The notes below the pieces were generated by a model that did no database searches, was not told where the DNA came from, and saw only the letters and a list, made by a program, of their open reading frames with translations. 20,811 nt of DNA from an uncultured bacterium (GTDB lineage Bacteria; Hydrogenedentota; Hydrogenedentia; Hydrogenedentales; JAEUWI01): assembly GCA_963977445.1 (NCBI GenBank), contig CAXBPH010000108.1, positions 1 to 20,811 on the forward strand. Reading direction: 5' to 3'. This document shows positions 8,977-16,061 of the stretch, in pieces. The position numbers and the translations under genes are program-made. Every line of letters begins with the position of its first letter. The stretch's first letter is position 1.

Positions 8977-9053
8977 CCGGTTAAAATAACCGGAAGGTTC
9001 ATAGGTTTGCAGCCGCCGCAACGGGGTGTTGGGTATCAGGTAAGTACCTGATT
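8977..9053. promoter_or_regulatory. att-proximal protein-binding region: IR CCGGTTA-aaa-TAACCGG (8977-8993), IR ATCAGGTA-ag-TACCTGAT (9035-9052), IHF-consensus site (9041-9053, minus)
   Basis: Minus strand AATCAGGTACTTA fits the IHF consensus WATCARNNNNTTR. Both inverted repeats are perfect. Confidence 0.5.
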
Positions 9054-9068
9054 CAGCAAGGTTTAAAA

Positions 9069-9145
9069 TGGTGGGCGATACAGGATTCGAACCTGTGACC
9101 TCTGCCGTGTGAAGGCAGCGCTCTAACCAACTGAGCTAATCGCCC
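9069..9145 (-). tRNA. tRNA-Val, anticodon CAC, CCA encoded
   Basis: GGGCGATTAGCTCAGTTGGTTAGAGCGCTGCCTTCACACGGCAGAGGTCACAGGTTCGAATCCTGTATCGCCCACCA forms a full cloverleaf with anticodon arm CTGCC-TTCACAC-GGCAG. Confidence 0.98.
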
Positions 9146-9156
9146 GAGGGGTCGTA

Positions 9157-9186
9157 ATCCTAGCATATGTGCAAATTCATGCGCAA
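9157..9186 (-). promoter_or_regulatory. Probable tRNA promoter
   Basis: TTGCGC, 18-nt spacer, TAGGAT with extended TGn, 11 nt upstream of the mature tRNA 5' end. Confidence 0.45.
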
Positions 9187-9248
9187 GGCATTTGTATGCT
9201 ATTTATCGGGCTCCGCTCTCCTGGGCAGTTAGAGGTCCCTCACGATGC

Positions 9249-9716
9249 TCAGGCATCCAACTGACTATAGGCTTCCGAGTCGCGAAATTCGCGGAGGCGT
9301 GGCTCGGTGTCTATGCGATAGCGGGCCTTGTCGTCGCAGGCTAGGGCTTCGCGAAAGGCGGCGACGCCATCGTCTATCCGGTCGGCGGCGGTGACATAAA
9401 AGATACCAAGCTCAATGTGTCCGTCGGCTTCGCGGGGCTGGAGCTGGGCGGCCATCTTGAGGTGTTCCTCGGCTTCGGTCAGCTTGCCCTGTCGCGAAAG
9501 TACAGCGCCATAGACCATCCGGGGCTGAATCCAGAGGGGCATGAGTTTCACACAGCGGGCCAACGCGGGCTCGGCTTCGTCAAAGTCACCGCGACTCAAG
9601 TGGGCCTGGGCATCGGTCCAGGCCTTGCGGGTTCGGTGCACGGTCCAATAGCGGGTCCCCGTCTGGAGGGCCACCAGGCCAATGAGGAGTAACAGGCCAA
9701 AAAATACTTCTTGCAT
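9249..9716 (-). CDS. Membrane-anchored tetratricopeptide repeat protein, 155 aa
   Basis: Start [17 protein letters not shown] (TM anchor) with GAAAGGGA SD, followed by about 3 TPR motifs (e.g. [26 protein letters not shown]). The ORF-track extension to 9893 spans the intergenic region and is unlikely. Confidence 0.88.
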   Translation of the reverse strand: MQEVFFGLLLLIGLVALQTGTRYWTVHRTRKAWTDAQAHLSRGDFDEAEPALARCVKLMPLWIQPRMVYGAVLSRQGKLTEAEEHLKMAAQLQPREADGHIELGIFYVTAADRIDDGVAAFREALACDDKARYRIDTEPRLREFRDSEAYSQLDA

Positions 9717-9891
9717 GGGAACGGTCCCTTTCAATGCTACGCTTACGGCGGGGAGCAACGTACTGCTCTGCTGCCCGGCCTGGCCCAATTGTATCGTATG
9801 CCGCCCTGTTTTTTGTACAATAGGGCAGCGAATCCTCTTCGCCCCAACCCAAAGCAACCCCCGACCGCCCTGCGGACGCTGGAGTCTATAC

Positions 9892-10420
9892 ATGCAAGAA
9901 TTTCATGCCACCACAGTCATTTCGGTTCGAAGAAACGGTATTGTAGCCATTGGTGGCGATGGTCAAGTCACCCTGGGCGACACCGTTATGAAGGGCAACG
10001 CCATGAAAGTGCGACGCCGTACTCGCCGGTTTTGCGGGTGCCGTATCCGATGCCTTTGCCCTGTTTGAGCGCTTCGAAGGCAAGCTGCAGGAATACAACA
10101 AGAATCTCACCCGCGCCGCCGTGGAATTGGGCAAAGAATGGCGCACGGACAAATATCTCCGCCAGCTCAATGCCTTGCTGGCCGTTTGCGACAAAGAGCA
10201 ATCCCTCCTCATCGCGGGCACGGGCGAAATCATCGAACCGGAAGACGGCATCATCGCCATCGGTTCGGGCGGGTCCTTTGCCCTGGCGGCGGCCCGCAGT
10301 CTGGTGAAACACACCGACATGAGCGCGGAAGAAGTGGTTCGGGAATCTCTGGTGACCGCATCGGAAATCTGCATCTATACCAACACCAATATCACGGTGG
10401 AGACGCTGGAATCCGTCTAA
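9892..10420 (+). pseudogene. hslV: ATP-dependent protease peptidase subunit HslV, frameshifted near 10018
   Basis: [42 protein letters not shown], then after 1 extra nt [23 protein letters not shown]...[10 protein letters not shown]...[16 protein letters not shown]...[12 protein letters not shown]. The span is 529 nt (not a multiple of 3) and the 5 residues after KVRR are missing. Either a pseudogene or an assembly error. Confidence 0.9.
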
Positions 10421-10448
10421 ATAAGCGAAGATAGACCTCGAGTAAATC

Positions 10449-10496
10449 CGGCTCGTTATTTTTACGTCTTCGACGTAATGCCGACGAGCCGTCGGC
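10449..10496. repeat. Palindromic element downstream of hslV (REP-like or terminator-like)
   Basis: CGGCTCGT...ACGAGCCG outer stem, TTACGTC-ttc-GACGTAA inner stem, and an overlapping alternative hairpin GCCGACG-agc-CGTCGGC. No U-tract. Confidence 0.55.
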
Positions 10497-10692
10497 GCTC
10501 CATAGTTCCATAGCTTCATAGCGCCAATTCGGAAAGCCGGAAATCGAATGACTTGGAAAATGTCTGAGATGAATCTTCGCCTGTTTAGGAGTCAGACTCC
10601 CAGGGTACCCCGTCATCGCAGTTAAATGCGCATAGTTTTCCCATTCGTGTAGGCTCCATCCCCAACGACCCGACCCCACGAAGGAACACGTC

Positions 10693-11730
10693 ATGACCAG
10701 CCCCAATCACCACGCCTTTGCCAGTGACAATGGCAGCGGCATTTGTCCCGAAGCCTGGGAGGCCCTGGCGCAGGCGAACACGGGTTACACCCCGGCCTAT
10801 GGGGAAGACGGGCATACCCGGGCCGCGTCCGACGCCATTCGTGATTTTTTCGAGGTCGATTGTGAGGTGTTCTTTGTTTTCAACGGCACCGCAGCCAATT
10901 CCCTCGCCCTGGCCAGTCTGTGCAAGAGTTATCACAGTGTCTTGTGCCATGAGCGGGCCCACATTGAGACGGACGAATGTGGTGCGCCGGAATTCTTCTC
11001 CAACGGCACCAAAATCCTCACCGTCGCGGGTGACAATGGAAAGGTAGACCTGGCTGCACTCGAGCACCAGGTTACGCGCCGCAGCGACATCCACTATCCC
11101 AAGCCCCAGGTCATCAGCCTCACCCAGGCCACGGAAGTGGGCACGGTCTACAGCACGGATGAACTTAAGAGCATCTGGGCCCTCGCGCGAAAATATGGCC
11201 TACGGATCCATATGGATGGCACCCGCCTCCCCAACGCCATCGCCTCTCTGGGCGTCGCGCCCCGGGCCATCACCTGGGAAGCCGGTGTCGATGTGCTCTG
11301 CCTGGGGGGAACGAAGGCCGGCCTTGCGGTGGGCGAAGCGGTCGTGTTTTTCCGCAAAGAACTCGCGGCAGAATTCGGGTATCGCTGTAAGCAGGCGGGG
11401 CAACTCGCTTCCAAGATGCGCTTTCTTTCGGCGCCCTTTCTCGGCGTACTGCAATCGGGTGCCTATCTCCGCCATGCCGCCCATGCCAACGCCATGGCCG
11501 AACGACTCGCCACGGGACTGGAAGCCATCGACGGGATACAGCGGCTTTATCCCCGAGAGGCCAACGCGGTATTCGTCCAACTACCGGATGCTCAGGCGGC
11601 CACGCTCCGTTCGCGGGGTTGGCATTTCTACACCTTCATCGGAAGCGACGGAGCCCGCTTCGTCTGCAACTGGAACACCACCGAAAGGGATGTAGACGCC
11701 CTGCTCACAGACCTGGCGACGTTGTCTTGA
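10693..11730 (+). CDS. ltaE: Low-specificity L-threonine aldolase (PLP, beta-eliminating lyase family)
   Basis: Motifs FASDN, YGED, VFNGTAANSLAL, AHIETDECGAPEFF, HMDGTRL, GGTK (PLP lysine) and KQAGQLASKMRF. AAGGAA SD. Confidence 0.93.
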   Translation: MTSPNHHAFASDNGSGICPEAWEALAQANTGYTPAYGEDGHTRAASDAIRDFFEVDCEVFFVFNGTAANSLALASLCKSYHSVLCHERAHIETDECGAPEFFSNGTKILTVAGDNGKVDLAALEHQVTRRSDIHYPKPQVISLTQATEVGTVYSTDELKSIWALARKYGLRIHMDGTRLPNAIASLGVAPRAITWEAGVDVLCLGGTKAGLAVGEAVVFFRKELAAEFGYRCKQAGQLASKMRFLSAPFLGVLQSGAYLRHAAHANAMAERLATGLEAIDGIQRLYPREANAVFVQLPDAQAATLRSRGWHFYTFIGSDGARFVCNWNTTERDVDALLTDLATLS

Positions 11731-11962
11731 GGGATGGAGAAGGTGGCATTGGACGGATGACGCAATGCCGATGCCGGTCCCGCTACGTGCCCTGTTGCTG
11801 AAAAAAGATGTACGCCGTGGTGCCACCTCGTGGACGCGCCGGAGGAGGGCGATCCGGTATTCCAGTCGAAGTTGCGCCGGAGGAGGGTTCGGGTGCCTTG
11901 GGCGTCGATTACGAGATGGTCAATGGATGACTTGGCGGTGGCCTTGTTTCATTGTAAAATTT

Positions 11963-12075
11963 CGGCAAACAAAGCTACGGTGTCATCCACTGAATTCCGA
12001 CGTAAAACTTGGGTCAAGACACCCGAACCCGTTTTATTACGTCTACGCCGCAATAAAAGCGGGATCGGGTGGCAC
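11963..12075 (+). repeat. Structured 113-bp direct repeat, copy 1 (extendable left to 11944)
   Basis: Matches 12994-13106 with 2 mismatches. Contains the long hairpin ACCCGAACCCGTTTTATT...AATAAAAGCGGGATCGGGT. Confidence 0.95.
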
Positions 12076-12211
12076 CATGGGGCTCACATCAATGAAATAG
12101 AAACCCACAAAACTGATCGTGTGTGCGCGCCGATTACAGTGTGATTGCCCTGCCATGCTACGTAGTCAGATCGTCCAGTCAGACCCATTGGTTGTAGGCT
12201 CTTCTCTCTTG

Positions 12212-12240
12212 TTGTATCAGGCACCGGAGCACTGTATATT
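12212..12240 (+). promoter_or_regulatory. Putative sigma70 promoter of the pentapeptide gene
   Basis: TTGTAT (12212-12217), 17-nt spacer, TATATT (12235-12240). The ATG follows after 7 nt. Confidence 0.45.
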
Positions 12241-12247
12241 CTTGGAT

Positions 12248-12973
12248 ATGAAAGCACCAGATGATAAATCAAGCTCCGATGAGCAAGTACAGAAATCCCG
12301 CTCAATGGCCGGGTGTTGGATTGGTTGCGTCGTTGTCATATCTCTACCTTTCTGGTTGGTCGCTCCGCTGTTTTGCCAAAGGGTCGAGGCACCGAAAGGG
12401 TCCGACTCCCAAGTTAAAAAGCTACTTGAAGGGACAGTACAGTGGAACGAGTGGCGAGAGGTGTATCCAAATGCCAACATCAGGCTGGACGGTTTTGATA
12501 TCAGTTATGTGAATCTGCGTGACGCTAATCTGTACTCAGCGTTTATTGCTCGTTGCGATATGACCGGCGTAGATCTGGCGGGTTCTTCGCTTGTCGCTGC
12601 CGATGCGGTCTTGTCGACTTTGCTGGGTGCCAATCTCTGCAATGTTGACGCTCGCGAGGCCGGATTTCATTCCGCCGATCTTTCAGGTGCCAATCTTTCC
12701 GGCAGTGACCTGACCCGTGCTGGATTCTCCCTAGCCAAACTTGTCGGCGCAAACCTGAATAGAGCGGACTTCTCGGGTGCCAACCTCGTGTTTGCTGATC
12801 TGCGGGATGTTGAGAATTGGCAATACATTACGGGTATTCGGTGCGCAAACATTTACGGAGTTAGTGCACCACGTGGTTTTCGTCAGTGGGCGCTTGATCA
12901 TGGCGCTTTGGAGTACGAAAGAGATGCCTATAAAGAATGGCTTGTGGCCCGCGACGCGTGTTTAGCGGAGTAG
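12248..12973 (+). CDS. Pentapeptide-repeat protein with N-terminal membrane segment, 241 aa
   Basis: Tandem A(D/N)LxG-type pentapeptides (ADLSGANLSGSDLTRAGFSLAKLVGANLNRADFSGANLVFADL), the N-cap 'LLEGTVQWNEWRE..P' typical of the family, and hydrophobic GCWIGCVVVISLPFWLVAPLF. ATG 12248 preferred over 12119. Confidence 0.9.
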   Translation: MKAPDDKSSSDEQVQKSRSMAGCWIGCVVVISLPFWLVAPLFCQRVEAPKGSDSQVKKLLEGTVQWNEWREVYPNANIRLDGFDISYVNLRDANLYSAFIARCDMTGVDLAGSSLVAADAVLSTLLGANLCNVDAREAGFHSADLSGANLSGSDLTRAGFSLAKLVGANLNRADFSGANLVFADLRDVENWQYITGIRCANIYGVSAPRGFRQWALDHGALEYERDAYKEWLVARDACLAE

Positions 12974-12993
12974 TTGTTTCATTGTTGGGGTTC

Positions 12994-13106
12994 CGGCAAA
13001 CAAAGCTACGGTGTCATCCACTGAATTCCGACGTAAAACTTGGGTCAAGACACCCGAACCCGTTTTATTACGTTTACGCCGCAATAAAAGCGGAATCGGG
13101 TGGCAC
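12994..13106 (+). repeat. Structured 113-bp direct repeat, copy 2 (extendable left to 12974)
   Basis: 1031 bp from copy 1. The shared TTGTTTCATTGT leader begins at the first base after the pentapeptide gene's TAG. Confidence 0.95.
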
Positions 13107-13240
13107 TGGCAGTCGCCTGCGGAGCTGACTACCGCCAATCATCAAAACCAACAAAAAACAGCTATAGCTGTCCTCTGTCAACTACCAATCATCATCTGTA
13201 AACCATCCTCTATCAACCATCAACTGCAAGGTTGAGTAAT

Positions 13241-13987
13241 TCACTGCGGTTGAGCAAGATTCTGTATTCCGTCTATGGACACTACAATCTGCACGGTAAA
13301 CCAGATGATAATTAAAAAGGAAATGCAAAGAAGCAGCGCAAAAGAGGCAAGCTGCGCTCTTACACCCACCGGAAGGTTTCTTATCGAGGAAGGTGAACCA
13401 CCGATTACTTTTGCTTCGTCTGATGCATTTACTGCGTCATCGTATAGTTGCCTCCGCTCGGCGTAGGTCGTCATCACACTGGCCAACAGCCCACCAAAAC
13501 CACTCATGGACCACACCGCTCCTTGGGCACTATCACCATAGAAGAACAACCCAACTGCAATCAGCCCCAAGGCCAAGCACGGCCAATAAATCTTAGCCTG
13601 CCGCAAGACTGGCAATGCCTGTCTCTCGCCCTTAGCTTGTATTAACTGGCTAACCAGCAAGTCATGATATTTACGCAAACCCCGCCGATAGAACCGCATG
13701 AGCAGTAGGCCAACGAAAAAGAAGCCAAGAAATAGCAGCCACGGTATCGCAACGCCCAGAAACATCGCGAACCTGGGATCTGCATTCGGCAATTCCATGG
13801 GCACGAAGAACTGGCCAAAACGATAGCCCATGACACTTCCGCAAGCGCTAAATATGATGCCTATCGCCAGCCCGCAGCACCCGGGAAATGTAGCGACAAC
13901 AAACGGATGAGCTTTGGACGAAATCTCGTGTTTAGTCGTCAATGTAAGTTCCTCATGTTGCTTCTGGCTCGCATGCTTCGAACCCAC
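13241..13987 (-). CDS. Hypothetical integral membrane protein (~5 TM), 248 aa
   Basis: Five hydrophobic stretches. GTG start preceded by GAGGG. Lower GC than the flanking housekeeping genes. No family recognised. Confidence 0.75.
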   Translation of the reverse strand: MGSKHASQKQHEELTLTTKHEISSKAHPFVVATFPGCCGLAIGIIFSACGSVMGYRFGQFFVPMELPNADPRFAMFLGVAIPWLLFLGFFFVGLLLMRFYRRGLRKYHDLLVSQLIQAKGERQALPVLRQAKIYWPCLALGLIAVGLFFYGDSAQGAVWSMSGFGGLLASVMTTYAERRQLYDDAVNASDEAKVIGGSPSSIRNLPVGVRAQLASFALLLCISFLIIIWFTVQIVVSIDGIQNLAQPQ

Positions 13988-14122
13988 AAAGCCGCCCTCG
14001 ACGTTACATTCCGCACGTCAGCAGCGAAGCACGCTGCATGCGCGGGGTAGACTTCTTTACGCCCCACTTCCAACAATCGCGCACCTTCATTTAAGCGAGG
14101 GCGTACGCAGCTACCCGTCGCG

Positions 14123-14953
14123 CTACTTGCCCCGTTTCAGTTCTTCGATTTTTGCGACGCGCCCCTTGGTGAACAGGCGCACAAGAACGCGAAAACTCCG
14201 GGGGAAATGTCGGCACAAAAAGGCGGCCAAGACGCCGTGTCCCGTAAAGGTGAACTCGGGCGTACGTCGATAGATGGCCCCCACCATTTTGCGTGCCGCC
14301 GTTTCCGTGGGCACGACAATCCAGGAGGAAACCGGATCGGGACGTCCCGTTTGCTCGCCCCGATTGTTGAGGGTACGAATCTCACTGGCCACAACGCCGG
14401 GGTTGATGCTGGTAACACTCACGCCGAGATCGGCCAGATCGTAGTAGATGGATTCGGCGAATCCAGTCACGGCAAACTTACTCGCGCAATAGGGTGCCGA
14501 TGCGGGTAAGCCCACCCGGCCCATCACGCTGCTGACCAGGGCCAGACGGCCCTTCCGCTCCCGGAGGGGGGGCAAGGTCGCATAGACGGTGTCCACCACG
14601 CCAAAGAAATTCGTCTCGAATTGGCTGCGGTAGTGCTTTGTGTCCAACCGGGTCATGGCCCCACTCACGCCGAATCCGGCGTTGGCCACGACCACATCGA
14701 GTCCGCCAAATTTTCCCACCGCCTCGGCAACGGCGGCATCCAATTGGGTGCGATCCGTTACGTCACAGGCGACGGCCAAGACCGGACGTCCCAAGGCTTC
14801 CACACGGCCTTTCACTTCATCGAGTTTGTCTACCCGTCGGGCGGCCAACACGAGTTGCGCCCCCTCCCGGGCAAACTCCTCGGCCATAGCCGCGCCCAGG
14901 CCCGAAGATGCCCCGGTGATAAAAACAACCTGATCCTGAAAACGAGTTCCCAT
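14123..14953 (-). CDS. Short-chain dehydrogenase/reductase (classical SDR, probably NADP-binding)
   Basis: TGASSGLG Rossmann motif, AARR, CDV, ANAG, catalytic S and YCASK, NPG. Confidence 0.95.
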   Translation of the reverse strand: MGTRFQDQVVFITGASSGLGAAMAEEFAREGAQLVLAARRVDKLDEVKGRVEALGRPVLAVACDVTDRTQLDAAVAEAVGKFGGLDVVVANAGFGVSGAMTRLDTKHYRSQFETNFFGVVDTVYATLPPLRERKGRLALVSSVMGRVGLPASAPYCASKFAVTGFAESIYYDLADLGVSVTSINPGVVASEIRTLNNRGEQTGRPDPVSSWIVVPTETAARKMVGAIYRRTPEFTFTGHGVLAAFLCRHFPRSFRVLVRLFTKGRVAKIEELKRGK

Positions 14954-14961
14954 TGGATATC

Positions 14962-15996
14962 CTATTGCTCTACGAGCCAGATGTTCCGGTACTGCACGTG
15001 ATTGTGGTGGGCCTGCAGGCGGATGTTGCCCGGCTCTTTGGGGTGGGGCTTAATGCGATCTTTATAGGAGTTGGTGGGCAGAAAGGGAATCTCTTCGTCA
15101 CTGTGAATGAGTTTCCCGTTGTGATTGACGGTCATCCGGGCCAGGGCGGTTTGCTTTCCCTGGGCGTCAAACTGGGGTGCCGTGAAATCGATGTCATAGG
15201 TCTGCCACTCGTTGGGGGGCCGACACATATTCACCTTGGGCGCGGAGACCTTGTAAAAGGCTCCGCATTCCCGGAAGTACCCCGGAAGGCCAAAGGAATC
15301 AAGGACCTGGACTTCATATTCATCCTGCAGAAAGACACCGCTGTTTCCCCGGCTCTGACCACGGGCCTCGGGCAAATAGGGCAGGCGGAATTCCACGTGC
15401 ATATGGACGCTCTTGAACTTGCCTTTGGAGACGATCTCATCCGCTTTGGGGTCGATTGGCATGAGGTGACCATCTACCACACCCCAGCCCGCTTTGTCGC
15501 CCTTGTCCCACGCATCCATGGAGCTGCCATCAAAAAGAATCACCGCATTCTCGGGGGCCTTGAGGCCCATGGTGGGCGATTCTTTCACTACCCGATGCAT
15601 GACGAAGGTCGCGGACTTCGCGGGATCATCTTCGACCTTACCGCCCGTGAAACTTTCTGCCGTTACGGTGCCATAGTACTTTCCACTCTTGAAGGTGAGT
15701 TGGCCGTCTTTGGGCTTGAGCTCAAGCACGGCATACGGCTCACTCCGGTGGTCCAGGGCCGGAAGCAGATTGAGCTGGTAGGTATCCTTACCGAGGGCAA
15801 TAATCTGCGCACCCACGAAAGGATCTTTTTCTTCCTGCGCCGACCATTTTCCTTCCCAGTTTCCCATGAAGGGCCCCGTGGAGGCGGGAAATTGGGTGGC
15901 CAGAATGGTATCGAGATTGAAGGGTGCCTCGGCTGCAAAAACGCCGCCACACACCAGAACCCATGCAACGAAATGTATTCCGTATCGCTTCAACAT
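14962..15996 (-). CDS. Secreted DUF1080 / 3-keto-disaccharide hydrolase-family protein
   Basis: Signal peptide; AVILFDG, HVEFRLP, GQSRGNSGVFLQ..YEVQVLDSFG, PPNEWQTYDIDFTAP, IRLQAH..VQYRNIW. Confidence 0.93.
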   Translation of the reverse strand: MLKRYGIHFVAWVLVCGGVFAAEAPFNLDTILATQFPASTGPFMGNWEGKWSAQEEKDPFVGAQIIALGKDTYQLNLLPALDHRSEPYAVLELKPKDGQLTFKSGKYYGTVTAESFTGGKVEDDPAKSATFVMHRVVKESPTMGLKAPENAVILFDGSSMDAWDKGDKAGWGVVDGHLMPIDPKADEIVSKGKFKSVHMHVEFRLPYLPEARGQSRGNSGVFLQDEYEVQVLDSFGLPGYFRECGAFYKVSAPKVNMCRPPNEWQTYDIDFTAPQFDAQGKQTALARMTVNHNGKLIHSDEEIPFLPTNSYKDRIKPHPKEPGNIRLQAHHNHVQYRNIWLVEQ

Positions 15997-16061
15997 CTAC
16001 CCATTCCTTCCACCGGTGGCGAGACGACGCCGTTCCATACCGTCCAAGGTTACTACCGTAA

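Larger units (their letters stand above)
1..9090. mobile_element. Putative genomic island integrated at tRNA-Val 3' end; other boundary not in the window
   Basis: Integrase lies directly downstream of and co-oriented with the tRNA, with an IHF-like site and inverted repeats between them. Cargo has patchy, lower GC. No second att copy found, so the extent is uncertain. Confidence 0.5.

Noticed and set aside
9708..9900. Divergent TPR and hslV genes both start ATGCAAGAA (9-bp inverted repeat, possible invertible promoter)
   Set aside because: Short and includes the start codon. Each gene has its own distinct SD and no invertase is adjacent. Likely chance.
10006..10025. Programmed ribosomal frameshift in hslV
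   Set aside because: No slippery sequence, and five conserved-position residues are physically missing.
11963..11985. GGCAAAC/CAAAGCTACGG resemblance to the c-di-GMP-I riboswitch
   Set aside because: The GNRA-capped stem between these motifs and the downstream receptor are missing, and copy 2 is not upstream of a gene.
11944..13106. Repeat pair as CRISPR array, DGR TR/VR or integron attC
   Set aside because: Repeat and spacer sizes are wrong for CRISPR. Mismatches are not adenine-specific, the repeats are non-coding and no RT is present. attC core ends are absent.
15569..15580. 12-bp match ATGGTGGGCGAT to the tRNA-Val 3' end as a second att site
   Set aside because: Short, inside an intact coding gene and on the wrong (5') side of the tRNA.
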